A stretch of DNA of 36,097 nucleotides from a virus (taxonomy: Duplodnaviria > Caudoviricetes), in IMG/VR virus record IMGVR_UViG_3300013110_000030, positions 1-36,097 of that record, one strand, 5' to 3'. Below are positions 15,401 to 26,718 of the stretch, piece by piece; positions within the stretch are counted from its first letter, which is position 1; every line of letters starts with the position of its first letter. The position numbers and the translations under genes were made by a program. The notes below the pieces were generated by a model, which was not told where the DNA came from, ran no database searches, and saw only the letters and a program-made list of their open reading frames with translations.

Positions 15401-17075
15401 TTAACTCTACCCCAAAGATTCCTAAATAATTATCCTCATAGGCTTTCTTATAATCTCTGTTACCATTCAGGTGAGCAGTCATACGAATAAACCTATTAAG
15501 ACTTGGTGTTACCTTAGCGTTAAGAGAGCGTAGAGCCTGTGTAGCACCCCTACCTAACCTAACCCCTTCCTTCGGTTGGAAAGACACTCCTGCGCCCGTA
15601 AAGACGGGTTCTATGAGGTCTTCTGTACGAGCATTAACAGCAGTCTCACCATTAACCTCTACAGCCCCACCTAAGCTAGAAGTTTCATACTCTTCACGCA
15701 ACATAGGGATAACTACATCTTCATACTGAGTACGTATTACAAGCTTGGCATCATCAGCAGCTTCTGCTGGTACACCGCCTGTCTGTGATACATAAGCTCC
15801 CATTTCAGGGGAAGCTAAGAACTCAATAGTCTGGTTGTATTCCTTAATGTTTTTAACACCACCAGAATGATCACCAACACCCTCTAAGATGGATTGAACC
15901 TGTTGGTCCATATTAATCTTATGTGCTTCAGGTTCTAGTGACTTATCCATTTGTTTGATGTTATCTTTCATGAAGTCAAAGTATTGACCTACAGTCTTAG
16001 CATCTTGTTGATCTGCTGGGAATAAGTCAGCAGTTTTACCAGTACCTCCTGAATTAGTATTCGTAGTAATGGCTCCAATAGCTGCAGCTTCAACCTCAGT
16101 ACGAATACTAATAGCATGTCCGAAGATGTTAGAAGTTGCTGCTGCACGTGATACACGTGGATTAGATAGAATCATTGCTGTTTGTACAGTTTGATTCTTA
16201 TCAATCTCAGCCTTCAACACTTCCATACTAATCTTACCAGTGATTTGGTCTTCATAGCGTTGAGCCATATCTAGGATTGGTTGTGACATATTAGTCAACA
16301 CTTCACCAGACTCAGCACCTACTTGATTTAATGTGGAGATAGTAGGAGCTAGTTTTTCACGCATAAGTTGTAAGCCTTGCTCCTTAGTGTAAGTACCATC
16401 GGCTACACCAGTTGCTACATCACTGAACTCATTGTTAAGCTTATAGTATTGTGTAGCCCCTAGGTTACCTACAGCAAGCTCAGCATTATTCCTGCGTATC
16501 TTACGTTGATAATCTAATTGTGCAGATTGGAAACCTAGCTGAGCTGTGGAGTCTTTAAGCTGCTCCCTAGCAACTAAGTTAGTACGGTACATCTCTACAG
16601 CTTCATCCCTTTGTACGGGAGTCATTGTAGCTGTAACATAACCTGCGTCTACAGCATCAGATTCAAACTTAATCCTATCTTGCTCTTCTTGAGTACCTTC
16701 AGCTACAACCTTACCAAAGCCAGCAGTGGACATGATACCACTCTGCACTTCCTTAATGTCGTCAAAGCTCATACCAGCAGCTAAAGCTTGTGTTACGTTC
16801 TGACGCATCTTACGTCTACCTTCCTGAGAAGATAATTCACCACGTTCTACAGCATCAGATATTACTAGTTGTTGTTGGGCAAAAGAGTTCTTACCTGCGT
16901 TAACAGCAGCTTGAGCACGCCTTGCAGTTACGTCTTGAGCAATATCAACACCTAAACCAATCAGGTTGCCCACTGTCTTTTGGCCTATTAGGCTAGACTT
17001 GTCAGCCACCCCCGAAGTGGGGGAGACTGCTGTCTGACCTATTTGACCTACGTTGCTTGTATCAAATACAGCCAT
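15384..17075 (-). CDS. putative internal virion (ejection) protein
   Basis: 563 aa helical Ala/Gln-rich protein; position after the tail genes in the podovirus module. Confidence 0.65.
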   Translation of the reverse strand: MAVFDTSNVGQIGQTAVSPTSGVADKSSLIGQKTVGNLIGLGVDIAQDVTARRAQAAVNAGKNSFAQQQLVISDAVERGELSSQEGRRKMRQNVTQALAAGMSFDDIKEVQSGIMSTAGFGKVVAEGTQEEQDRIKFESDAVDAGYVTATMTPVQRDEAVEMYRTNLVAREQLKDSTAQLGFQSAQLDYQRKIRRNNAELAVGNLGATQYYKLNNEFSDVATGVADGTYTKEQGLQLMREKLAPTISTLNQVGAESGEVLTNMSQPILDMAQRYEDQITGKISMEVLKAEIDKNQTVQTAMILSNPRVSRAAATSNIFGHAISIRTEVEAAAIGAITTNTNSGGTGKTADLFPADQQDAKTVGQYFDFMKDNIKQMDKSLEPEAHKINMDQQVQSILEGVGDHSGGVKNIKEYNQTIEFLASPEMGAYVSQTGGVPAEAADDAKLVIRTQYEDVVIPMLREEYETSSLGGAVEVNGETAVNARTEDLIEPVFTGAGVSFQPKEGVRLGRGATQALRSLNAKVTPSLNRFIRMTAHLNGNRDYKKAYEDNYLGIFGVELNDQAE

Positions 17076-20000
17076 TATTCTTCTTTATACCTTTTTGAAA
17101 ATTCTAAAATTTCTTCTAGTTGTTGTTTAAGATATTTATCACTCTCTGGTAAAGTATCAATTAACAATTTGAAATCATTGTTAGTTGTATAACCAGAAGC
17201 TCTCATAACACTATTAAACAACCTCATATCCTTACTTTGCAGATCACGCTTGATTAACTTCGATAACTCTTCTCGGGCAACATAATCAGCTTCACCACTC
17301 CATACACGCCAAGCTTCATTGAACGTCCTGATGGTGTAATCACGCTCCTCTGGGGTAATACCATCTCGTAGCAGTTGCTTCTTGTACGAACCATACCACT
17401 CTTTGACATCATTCTTAAGCTCCTTAGACTCTGTATATGTTTTATTACTATTCCACCTAGCAGCAGCTTCAGTGTTAGTACCAAATCCAAATACAGCCAT
17501 GAAAGCTTCACGCTCAGTTACTGGTAATTCTAGACTATCAACCTTCTTACTAGCTTCGTTTTTATGTAATGCTTTAAACGCATTAGACATACCAGAAGAT
17601 AGTTTAAGGAAGTCTTCCATTACCATCTTGAGTGTAGTTGGAGTTTCTTGATGATCTTCTATTAAGTTAAAGTACCTAGCACCAGTCTTAGCAAAGTTAG
17701 TTAACCTTGGGTTATTACCAAAGAATAACTGGCCAGAAGGTGTAGAAGCTACAGTGGTTCCAATATCTGTAGTAAATAGGTTATGTATAAATTCATAAGT
17801 ACCATACATATCTACAGGGGACAAACCACTAAAGTCTGTACTACCTTCACCCATAGTTTGATTTAGTAGAGCATTAAACATAACACCTTCTAAACCTTGA
17901 ACTACTGCGTCCCTAATAACTGGATCCTCTGGTAGATCAATACCCATTGAAGAATAAAGCTCATACATAGCCGCAGGAGGTAGGGTATACATCAATGCGT
18001 TAAAGCCAGCTAACCTAGCCTTCTGACCTTTAGTTAGATTACGGTTAAACGTCATCTGAGTCATAGCTTTATGTGGCACTTGCATAAACTGGAATACAGC
18101 AGCTAAGCTATCCTGATTATACTTTAAGTCACCAGCAGCATTCATGTTGTAAGTGTAGTTACGAGCTAACGCACTAACACGATCTTGCACAGCTAAATCA
18201 CTCATATCAAGGCCATCATCAATGGCTTTGTAACGATGGGCTAGCCAAGCTGTCATCATGTTAAAGTTCTCACCAGCATCAAAACCAAACTTACGAACTA
18301 GTGTCAAGGGTTTGAAATCCTTCTTAGCCACTTCATCAGCCATATCAGCCAATGCACCACGTACTAGGTTTTGTTTATCAATAGAGGCTACAAGACCAGA
18401 ACGTTTGAATTGTTTAAACATATCCTCAGCTTCCTTAGCTGACATACCTAAACTATCCAACATCACCTTGTTTGGCTTACCCCCCATTTGGAAAGTAGTT
18501 AATACAATAGTCTCCAGAGGAGCCCTAGCACTTGCTACATATTTAGGGAAGTTAGCTGTAAGCTGAACTGCCTGATGACTTTGTACAATAAGCTGACGTA
18601 ATGGGTTGGTTGCCAAGTACATGTTGAATGCTAAGTTCTTACCCATAGCACTAGGTCCACGAGCATCAGCTAACCATTGAGCACCTTTACCAAGTTTAGT
18701 TGCACCTGCATTACCTAAGATGTTGGAGATACCTTTCATGGTAGCTTTATACCCATCATCTATTGCGTTGATGTAACCATTCTCAATATAGTTAATGTAC
18801 TCCCAAGTTGTACGGGCATCGGCTAGACGTTTATTATTCTGCTGACCTTCTCCACGGTATTGTACATCCTTAATTTCATTAGGGAAAGTACGAGATCCAA
18901 TATCATTCTTAGGAAGAAACTCTGGATACTGTGACATGAAACGTTGCTTAGAAGTTTCCAAGAAGTCACGCATCTTAACTCGATTAGATGTAGAACGTGC
19001 AGATAATATCATGCTATCCACTGGGCCAAGAATAGGGGCCTGAGAAGGATCTATACCCCCACTAGGCTCCCCACCTAAACGTTGTCCACGAGCACGCTGT
19101 ACACTACGTCCAGTATTCATTGCTACATCCCAACGGTCATCCTTAGATACATCAGCACCCTTAAGATCATCACGCCAGAAGTATTCACCTTCAGCATCAT
19201 TAGCTTTGAAACGAGCAATAAGTTTCTCTGCGTCCTTGTTATTACCTGCTGTGGCTATAGCTTGGTTATATAAGAAGTTACCATCACTATCTTTAACCCT
19301 CTGTACCACAAACTTAGGGTCAGTATAGTTAACAGTATAATAACCTTCACGATAATGTAACACTTTACTATCATCGTTTAACGCACGTAGGTAAGATCCA
19401 TCTTGTGCATTCTCAACTAGTATATGCCTAGCTTGTGTACCTGCTACATTAATTGGATCTTTAAGTTGAGCTAGTGTACCACCCTTAGCGTACAAGTCAT
19501 CAATAACAGCTTGGTCAATAGACCTTAATTCACCTGTCTTCTGATCATACACATTAGCTGGTGTAGCATTCTGCTTACTCAATGGTTTAACAAATAGACG
19601 TGTATCAGATTGCTTGTCAATAAACTCTTTGAAACCTTTATTTGTTAAGCTACGAATCATATCCCTATTCTCTAGAGAGTACGTAGTATCCCAATAAGAT
19701 TTCCAATCACGTAATACTTGTTGTTCCGCTGGTGTAATACCTTGTGCGGTTAATTCATTATGGTTTAACACCCTACCTTTATGGTTTTGTTCTTTAATGA
19801 TGTCTTCAAGGATTTGTTGTCTACCCTTGTCAACCTTCATAAAACCATCAGCAAAGCCCTTACCTAAATCTAGTAAAGCACTCTCCAATCCAGCAGCTTG
19901 GTCAACAGCAGTGTTAGCTGCTAAGGTTAAATGACCATCAAGCATAGACTGTGGATCTAAGGCATAACGTTGAATACTACTGAAAGTAGAAGCCAATCCA

Positions 20001-21706
20001 TTCATATTAGTTGAAGAACCAATACGATCAAATAGGTTATACTTAACATCTAACTCAGACCATTGGTTTACATCCATCGGATTAAACTTATAGTCGTAGT
20101 TTAGTTGAACCATAAAGTCTGGATTAACATCAACTTTAGTAGGGTCAATATCCCCAACCTTAACTAACGCATCAAACTCAGCTTTAGTTGTAGGTACATA
20201 CTCATCACCATCCCTACGTAATAATGTCAGGGTATCTTCTGAAGCACCAAAGTCACGTAAAGCCCACTCAGCCATATCTAAAGCTTCTTGTGCGTTAGAT
20301 ACACCACCTTGAGTAGGGCCATACACAGCCTTAACTTTAACACCATCAGCTACAGCTTCAACGTTAAACATTTCAGAACGTGGGGTCATAGCATTAACTT
20401 GAACTAACTTATTCTTAGCGTCAGCTCTTAATTGTTGCTTCTCAAATTCTGTGTAGTGGATAGCACCACTCTCATCAGCTAGCTCTACAATATTAAGATT
20501 AGGGTTACCAACCTTATTATTTACACTAGCATCAGTCTTACCAATCTCTGGTAATATATCATTGGCTACAGCTTCTTCCCTTGATGCCCCATACAAAGCT
20601 TCTGCTGCTTCACCAGATTCATCTAGAGCTGCTGTTTCGTGCATAGCACGAGCTTTACCTACGTTAGTATCCTTCACTACCTGACTAACTGAAGAAGGCT
20701 TCACAGAGCTCCTAGCAGCGTCTCTGGAGGCATTTGAAGCTACATCCCCTACTGCCTTACTACCTTTACGGAAAAACCTCACACCGGAAGCTATAGGGCC
20801 TCCTAGGATAGTCATATCTAATACAGATACAACGTTATCTAACCATACATCACTATCTTCGTAATAACCATCCTCTAAGAATGTACGTAAGAAGTTAACC
20901 CTAGCAAAGTCATTAGGGTCTTGCATCACCACTGAGGAATTCTTATTAACAACCTCAATTAAGTTTTCAATGATGTTTAACTGTTCATCTTTAGGGGCAT
21001 TATTGATTGCCTCAATAATCTCTTTCTTAGCACTACCTAATAACAGGAAGTCTGATACTTCAAACTCACCTTCAAATGCAGTGCTAATCTTAGATGCCAT
21101 AGCTGGTTCCATGAAAGGAGTTATGGATGTGAGGAAATCCCCAGTAGCTGTAAGGGTGTCAGTATCACTACCTGCTACAGCTTGAGTTAATAATTGTTGT
21201 TTTGCTTTCTTAAATTGTTGCACTTCAAATATAACATCTGAAGCGTTAATACGAGTAAATTCCCTTTCCTCAAACTCTACATCCCCTTCATCCGCAATAG
21301 TGGACTCAGTGGCAATTAAGTTCTGAGGGTTATACATAGGGGAATCTGGATTTAATACAGTGTTAGCAGCGGCTTCTTTCTCTTGATCTGAATACTGTGG
21401 GTCAGCTAAGAACTTAATTAGCTCTGACCTAGCACTAGCCATTGACCTAGCTTTTACAAGTTCTACTAGATTCTTTGCTGCATCTGATTGTAAATCCTCA
21501 TCCAGCTCAGAGTTTACTATCCTATAGTTTTCCTCTACTAATGCAGGATCATCTGTCATTATAGAGGCTTGAGCTGCTGCATTTATATTTGATTGTTTGT
21601 TATTAACAAGGACGTTAGATTTAACGTCCCCATTAATATCTTGCAAGGTAACACCGGCTGAATCATCGCTGATATCAGCTAATGTAACATCTTCATTAAC
21701 TGCCAC
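17075..21706 (-). CDS. large internal virion (ejection) protein
   Basis: 1543 aa, GTG start, largest ORF, typical position; no catalytic motif recognised. Confidence 0.7.
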   Translation of the reverse strand: MAVNEDVTLADISDDSAGVTLQDINGDVKSNVLVNNKQSNINAAAQASIMTDDPALVEENYRIVNSELDEDLQSDAAKNLVELVKARSMASARSELIKFLADPQYSDQEKEAAANTVLNPDSPMYNPQNLIATESTIADEGDVEFEEREFTRINASDVIFEVQQFKKAKQQLLTQAVAGSDTDTLTATGDFLTSITPFMEPAMASKISTAFEGEFEVSDFLLLGSAKKEIIEAINNAPKDEQLNIIENLIEVVNKNSSVVMQDPNDFARVNFLRTFLEDGYYEDSDVWLDNVVSVLDMTILGGPIASGVRFFRKGSKAVGDVASNASRDAARSSVKPSSVSQVVKDTNVGKARAMHETAALDESGEAAEALYGASREEAVANDILPEIGKTDASVNNKVGNPNLNIVELADESGAIHYTEFEKQQLRADAKNKLVQVNAMTPRSEMFNVEAVADGVKVKAVYGPTQGGVSNAQEALDMAEWALRDFGASEDTLTLLRRDGDEYVPTTKAEFDALVKVGDIDPTKVDVNPDFMVQLNYDYKFNPMDVNQWSELDVKYNLFDRIGSSTNMNGLASTFSSIQRYALDPQSMLDGHLTLAANTAVDQAAGLESALLDLGKGFADGFMKVDKGRQQILEDIIKEQNHKGRVLNHNELTAQGITPAEQQVLRDWKSYWDTTYSLENRDMIRSLTNKGFKEFIDKQSDTRLFVKPLSKQNATPANVYDQKTGELRSIDQAVIDDLYAKGGTLAQLKDPINVAGTQARHILVENAQDGSYLRALNDDSKVLHYREGYYTVNYTDPKFVVQRVKDSDGNFLYNQAIATAGNNKDAEKLIARFKANDAEGEYFWRDDLKGADVSKDDRWDVAMNTGRSVQRARGQRLGGEPSGGIDPSQAPILGPVDSMILSARSTSNRVKMRDFLETSKQRFMSQYPEFLPKNDIGSRTFPNEIKDVQYRGEGQQNNKRLADARTTWEYINYIENGYINAIDDGYKATMKGISNILGNAGATKLGKGAQWLADARGPSAMGKNLAFNMYLATNPLRQLIVQSHQAVQLTANFPKYVASARAPLETIVLTTFQMGGKPNKVMLDSLGMSAKEAEDMFKQFKRSGLVASIDKQNLVRGALADMADEVAKKDFKPLTLVRKFGFDAGENFNMMTAWLAHRYKAIDDGLDMSDLAVQDRVSALARNYTYNMNAAGDLKYNQDSLAAVFQFMQVPHKAMTQMTFNRNLTKGQKARLAGFNALMYTLPPAAMYELYSSMGIDLPEDPVIRDAVVQGLEGVMFNALLNQTMGEGSTDFSGLSPVDMYGTYEFIHNLFTTDIGTTVASTPSGQLFFGNNPRLTNFAKTGARYFNLIEDHQETPTTLKMVMEDFLKLSSGMSNAFKALHKNEASKKVDSLELPVTEREAFMAVFGFGTNTEAAARWNSNKTYTESKELKNDVKEWYGSYKKQLLRDGITPEERDYTIRTFNEAWRVWSGEADYVAREELSKLIKRDLQSKDMRLFNSVMRASGYTTNNDFKLLIDTLPESDKYLKQQLEEILEFSKRYKEE

Positions 21707-22161
21707 TAACCGGCTCCTCCTGCAAATGCACTAAAGGCTTGGCCTGAAATTTGGAAACCTAAATCACTAGTGAATTGATGTTCCTGACTTCTTACCATAG
21801 CTCTAGCTGCTTCATTACGTAATTCAGATATTGATATAGCTGCACTCTGTCCACCACGAATACCTGCATTCCTTGCGGAAGTTAAAGTACTCAATGCCCC
21901 TGTAGATCCAGCTTCACCTGAACCACCAGCAACACCTAAGTTTTGAGAGGCTTGTAGAATCTGGGCTTTTCTTACACGTTCTTCCCTAATATTCTGTCTA
22001 CGCCTATTAATATCTTGAATTTGACCTTGGGCTGTTTGTATTTGATTAGCTCTTTCACTAGCCCTTGCGGCCCTCCTAGCATCTTTCTTAGCCTCTTCAG
22101 ACTCATAGATACCTAATCCGAGGGTACCCCCTACAAGGGTTGCTCCTACTGCACCTGCCAT
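21706..22161 (-). CDS. small internal virion protein (T7 gp14 position)
   Basis: Gly/Ala-rich hydrophobic N-terminus, charged helix, follows the GNAT gene. Confidence 0.6.
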   Translation of the reverse strand: MAGAVGATLVGGTLGLGIYESEEAKKDARRAARASERANQIQTAQGQIQDINRRRQNIREERVRKAQILQASQNLGVAGGSGEAGSTGALSTLTSARNAGIRGGQSAAISISELRNEAARAMVRSQEHQFTSDLGFQISGQAFSAFAGGAG

Positions 22162-22605
22162 TTAACCCTCCAATAATTTCATATAAGTGGTTTCGGTTTT
22201 AACAAACCCATCGGGGACATTATGCTCATGCCCCTCTTTAAATACAATGTAGTGAGAAGTAACACCTAGTTTAATAAGCTCTTCTTCTGACTTCTCTAAC
22301 ATTAACCTTAGTACGCCTTGATTCCTGTAGGATTCTTTAACGTACATACCTAACTCACTAGCTTTTACAGCCTTTGAATACACATCAGGTGATATCAGAT
22401 TACCAACATAGCCTATTAAAGACAGTCCATCAAAAGCAGCTACAACACTTAGGCATTTAGTCTCTATAAGCTTCTCAACCATAGGCCAATTAACTTGGTA
22501 AGGGAGGTTGGAGAATTCCTTCTCCACTTCCTCATAATGATCCTTACCTAAATAGAAACAAGCTTTGATACTACGAGGGTCATCCAAGACTACTATATCA
22601 AACAT
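22162..22605 (-). CDS. GNAT-fold acetyltransferase-like virion assembly protein
   Basis: LIGYVG strand and MYVKESYRNQGVLRLML acetyl-CoA-binding motif; sits between the nozzle and ejection genes. Confidence 0.75.
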   Translation of the reverse strand: MFDIVVLDDPRSIKACFYLGKDHYEEVEKEFSNLPYQVNWPMVEKLIETKCLSVVAAFDGLSLIGYVGNLISPDVYSKAVKASELGMYVKESYRNQGVLRLMLEKSEEELIKLGVTSHYIVFKEGHEHNVPDGFVKTETTYMKLLEG

Positions 22606-25102
22606 TACTATTAACTCCCATCACCATAGACCAACCAAGAACTTGGAAGTCTTTAAGTGGCTCTGTCTTCATGCGCAATGATAAAGATTTACCACCACCC
22701 CTAAGTTTATTCTTAGTTGTAACTACACTGTTACCATCATCAAAACCATCCCCAGATCCAGTTGGCATATAGAACCTACGATGCCTGTAAGCTTGGAATT
22801 CTCTCCCCCACTTACCTGACCTATCTGAATTAGTCCAATTCCATCTAGCTTGTACGAGACAAGAGGATGGGTTAACTGGTTGTAGGTCACCACCAACATC
22901 AACAAAACCTGATTCAGTCTTATTAAGCAGAGTGACTAAGTAAGGTACTTGCTTATTACGCAATGTGTCCCCACCTGTTAGGTATGAAGTGACAAAGTAT
23001 CCTTCTGCGTCTGTAGGTGTTGGGGCAGTCCAAACTGGGTCAGTTCCTCCGAAGGTTGCATAAGGGAATATAGCCCAGTCCGTAAAGGTTTGATCTGATT
23101 CCGTGGCAAATCCATACTGTATACGACTAGCAAAACCTGTTTGATAAGTCTGACCTATTAGATATAAGAAGTCAATATCAGATGCTCCCGGCACTTGACT
23201 AGAGATTATAACAGGATCACCTGCTACAATTACATCATCAACACCTACCACAACTTGCTCTTCTATACTACCTATCGCATCAGGGGGTAAGGCTACCACT
23301 GATAAGACTTGCACTTCGTTCTGCGTCAGATTACCCTCAACTACTTTCTGAGTGTACGCGCCTAAGGTTAAGTCCAGAGACAATATCCTAGTAGACTCTA
23401 CCTCAGGTATAACCCATTCAACCTTACGATTAACCCTAGAGGAATCACCTTTAGCATTGCTTAGATCTAGTGGAGATATATTACTGAAGTAGTCATCTAA
23501 GATATCTTCAGAGATTAACACATGTTCCAAATCACCTAACTGGTTGTACTGGATAGCGTTAACACCTTCATTATTCAAGAATAAGATGGTATCACCTGTA
23601 TCAACAATACTACCTTGGTAAGGGGCTGGTTTACTTGTGATCTTAACCACTTGGTAACTGGTAGCTGTAAATCCACTATCAGATACTGGCCTTACTGCCC
23701 ACACCCCTTGATCAGAAAAGATTAAGAGAGAGTCTTTATAAGCCTTGAGTTCAGTTAAGTTTCTAGCCTCATTAATAGGAATAAAACCACCATCAGTTGC
23801 GACTAAATCTGGATTACTAACACCAGTGGGATCACCCTCTTGATAGCACTTACCTACATCACTATCCCTTCTAATCAATTGACTGAAGAAAATAGTATTT
23901 TCAAGTTTAGGTGCGCCATCAAAATCAGCTTGTGGTCCAGTTAAGTCACCTAAAAATCCTCCATACCACATACGTCCAGCATAATATTCCATAATGCCAA
24001 CACGCTCACCAGAAATGGCTTTGTCAGAAGGGAAGGGTGAACTAGTAGGAGATCCATACCAACTTCCAGAGATTGATTCATCAAATATCTTATCAAGAAA
24101 ATCCTTCCTAGATTCCTGTCGGTCAAACAATCTAATAATAGCAGACCCCATAGGAGCCCTATCATTGGTTGGAATTTCTTGTGACATAACTATGCCATGA
24201 AATCTATCCGCAGTAGGGTAGGTAGGTTCAGCAGCATTAGCGTAATAGAAGTTGTTAAACTTATCAGCCAATGCAGGTACCTTACCTCCAGACTCTGTAA
24301 GTCCTTGATAGTAACCCACAGGATCTATCTTAGTGCTTCCACCTTCAGCTAAGCAAGCTCTACCAAAGCCTTGATTACGCAGATTATAAAGATACATCTT
24401 ATCATTATCATCAAATGGAGGTGTTACAGAGGGCCTAATATGTAAGTTTTGACCCTCAGTTAGGTCGTCTCCTGATGTAGGATCTATAGCTTTTAAGCCC
24501 CAAAAATCCCTTACCCTAAGGTTCGTACTATGTACTAAATCCACTGAATCGGTGGACTCATCATACTCTAACACAGATAAATAATCTTTAACCAATCCCC
24601 CAGATACTGAGCTTGGGGCACCTGCTAATAACATTTTCTTACCGAATTGCTTAGCAGGGGAACGCACAAATGTGTCGTAGGGTAAACTTATGTTAGGTTG
24701 ATCTTGAACTGGAACTAAGCCAGAGCTAGTAACCTTGTATACAGCTAACTTTATCTTACCAACTATAGTGCTACCAAAATCATCGTTCATAAAGAGGATT
24801 AATAAGTTTACATCCCCCCTATCGCCAACTCCTTCCCACAACTCTATATTTAAAACTTTAAGGTCAGTATTCCTTAGTGTTTCAAAAGTGTCGTAGTATT
24901 GATTTATATCACCTTCGCCAAAGTAAGTCTGATGGACATCTATCTTAGCCATCCCTAGTCTTCGGTGTACAGACCCGTCCTTAAATAGATTCATATTTAC
25001 CATTTCAATGGCACTATCAGGAATCATATTTAAAGGACTAGCGTCTGTAATCAAACCTTTAGAGAAGGAATTAAACTCTAATGGACTACTTGTTCTCGGC
25101 AT
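22598..25102 (-). CDS. tail tubular protein B (nozzle)
   Basis: 834 aa; FSKGL...NMNL..DGSVHRRLG N-terminus, YAGRMWYGG, LLIFSDQGVW propeller-like strands. Confidence 0.85.
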   Translation of the reverse strand: MPRTSSPLEFNSFSKGLITDASPLNMIPDSAIEMVNMNLFKDGSVHRRLGMAKIDVHQTYFGEGDINQYYDTFETLRNTDLKVLNIELWEGVGDRGDVNLLILFMNDDFGSTIVGKIKLAVYKVTSSGLVPVQDQPNISLPYDTFVRSPAKQFGKKMLLAGAPSSVSGGLVKDYLSVLEYDESTDSVDLVHSTNLRVRDFWGLKAIDPTSGDDLTEGQNLHIRPSVTPPFDDNDKMYLYNLRNQGFGRACLAEGGSTKIDPVGYYQGLTESGGKVPALADKFNNFYYANAAEPTYPTADRFHGIVMSQEIPTNDRAPMGSAIIRLFDRQESRKDFLDKIFDESISGSWYGSPTSSPFPSDKAISGERVGIMEYYAGRMWYGGFLGDLTGPQADFDGAPKLENTIFFSQLIRRDSDVGKCYQEGDPTGVSNPDLVATDGGFIPINEARNLTELKAYKDSLLIFSDQGVWAVRPVSDSGFTATSYQVVKITSKPAPYQGSIVDTGDTILFLNNEGVNAIQYNQLGDLEHVLISEDILDDYFSNISPLDLSNAKGDSSRVNRKVEWVIPEVESTRILSLDLTLGAYTQKVVEGNLTQNEVQVLSVVALPPDAIGSIEEQVVVGVDDVIVAGDPVIISSQVPGASDIDFLYLIGQTYQTGFASRIQYGFATESDQTFTDWAIFPYATFGGTDPVWTAPTPTDAEGYFVTSYLTGGDTLRNKQVPYLVTLLNKTESGFVDVGGDLQPVNPSSCLVQARWNWTNSDRSGKWGREFQAYRHRRFYMPTGSGDGFDDGNSVVTTKNKLRGGGKSLSLRMKTEPLKDFQVLGWSMVMGVNSNV

Positions 25103-25295
25103 CCTTTACTGCTCCTTTCTTAGGCTTAGCAGCTTCTTTAGCTAGGTGACGGTCAATAGCCAGCTCAGCTTGTTTGGAAGTGGTATAACTACCACGTAAT
25201 TCTAGATGTACACTACCTTTACCAGTAGGCTTAATCTCTTTAAAACCAAATGTACCATCACCTACGATTTGGTATCCTTTATATTCTACAATCAT
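25086..25295 (-). CDS. small hypothetical protein
   Basis: 69 aa, overlaps both tail genes. Confidence 0.7.
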   Translation of the reverse strand: MIVEYKGYQIVGDGTFGFKEIKPTGKGSVHLELRGSYTTSKQAELAIDRHLAKEAAKPKKGAVKDAENK

Positions 25296-26080
25296 TTATT
25301 TACCCTGAATGTTACGTCTCTGTGATACTTCCTACCACGCCTACCAAAGTCTGGGTACTTAACCCCACCTTTAACTCTCCAAGCTTTCTGAGAGAGCCAA
25401 CGTTGTTGTCTTTGGGCTTCCTGCTCTGCCTTGTTGTCAGGCATTTGTTTTAACTTGGAGAATGCTCTACTTTTAGCTTCCTCTAGTAATGCAGTAAAAG
25501 CCTCTGCTGGCAAGTCTGGTATATGACTATCTACTTGTTGCCATTCAGGCATTAAGTAAGCTTGAGCCTGCACTTTGTTACCTTGTAAGGTAGCTTCTAG
25601 TACATTGTCAAAGCTGTCAAAGACTATTGTTTCGTCATCGAAAGATGTATAGTAAGTTGGACCAGTGTTATTGGCAATGAATAGTTCAATACCAGAAGGG
25701 TCTGTTACAGTGTCAACCCAATCCACATCACTGCGTCTACGGTTTAATACTCTTAAGAAGTCATCTGGCTCTAGCCAATGCATCCTCTCATAATTTTTAG
25801 AGGTATTGTCTAACTTACTTTTATCGTAGTTAATGAATGCTAGCTCTTTAACATCCTCAACAATCTTCATATGTGTTGGTAGGTTTACATCAGTACTACC
25901 AAGTAATTGTATAGGTCTATTTAGATGAGGCCAATTACGATTACTCATCATAGCAAAGTATGTAGACTTAACTATTTGAGCAACCTGTACAGACTCCATA
26001 GTATCGTCTATACTATTTACCTCATCAGAATCCATGTCATTAAGGATATCCTGAACTAGCTCTAATAAGGTCATCCTCAT
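25292..26080 (-). CDS. tail tubular protein A (adaptor)
   Basis: TLLELVQDILNDMDSDEVNSI N-terminus, NWPHL; position upstream of the nozzle. Confidence 0.82.
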   Translation of the reverse strand: MRMTLLELVQDILNDMDSDEVNSIDDTMESVQVAQIVKSTYFAMMSNRNWPHLNRPIQLLGSTDVNLPTHMKIVEDVKELAFINYDKSKLDNTSKNYERMHWLEPDDFLRVLNRRRSDVDWVDTVTDPSGIELFIANNTGPTYYTSFDDETIVFDSFDNVLEATLQGNKVQAQAYLMPEWQQVDSHIPDLPAEAFTALLEEAKSRAFSKLKQMPDNKAEQEAQRQQRWLSQKAWRVKGGVKYPDFGRRGRKYHRDVTFRVNK

Positions 26081-26700
26081 GCTGCTATAATCCTATCAAC
26101 TACCAAAGACGCTGTAGGTGATATATTCCAACCTACTGTAGGTGTAGAGGAGAATAAACCCCCTGCATTAGCGCCTGAACTATCCCTGATAATCTCATAT
26201 GTAAATATGGCACCTGTAGGGACATTAGCGTTAGAGGTAAAAGCACTGGCAATTAATACACCCGCTGTATCCACAGACGCGCTTACTGAGTTACCATTTT
26301 GTACACCATTGATTAAACCCCTAGCATGTAAGTCTGCTTGTGATGCACTACCTGTCCTACCATACTGTAACACAACCCTAATAATGTAAGAACCAGCTTC
26401 ATTAAAGGTCACATTACCTAAGTTATCAATCATGACTGGATCTGATACAGTACCTTGTGCGTTACCAAATTCTACTTGTAATGGGGTGTCTGTTCCCGTA
26501 GGCTCTTGGGAGGTGGCAGTACTAAACGCAGTTAATACCCTCTCATACTGAAGGTTACCTACATCGACTAAGGTGTTTGGGTCTTGAAAAGAGGTAGTGG
26601 TGTCACCATTAGAAGTCAGTACATGACCTGATGTCGCAGCATCTGCACCTCTAGGTTCATGCCTGTTAGCATCTGCAATGTCTTGATGCTCTATTGTCAT
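26077..26700 (-). CDS. virion fibre/appendage protein with C1q/TNF-like C-terminal domain
   Basis: EH...HEPRGA...GHVLTSNGD N-terminus; VTFNEAGSYII strand; GGAG upstream. Confidence 0.6.
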   Translation of the reverse strand: MTIEHQDIADANRHEPRGADAATSGHVLTSNGDTTTSFQDPNTLVDVGNLQYERVLTAFSTATSQEPTGTDTPLQVEFGNAQGTVSDPVMIDNLGNVTFNEAGSYIIRVVLQYGRTGSASQADLHARGLINGVQNGNSVSASVDTAGVLIASAFTSNANVPTGAIFTYEIIRDSSGANAGGLFSSTPTVGWNISPTASLVVDRIIAA

Positions 26701-26718
26701 TTACTATCTCCAGATAAT

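Noticed and set aside
17075-21706. Virion-encapsidated RNA polymerase or lytic transglycosylase domain in the 1543 aa protein
   Set aside because: No polymerase or lysozyme-like motif recognised by eye, and it is much smaller than N4 vRNAP; an HHpred search would settle it.
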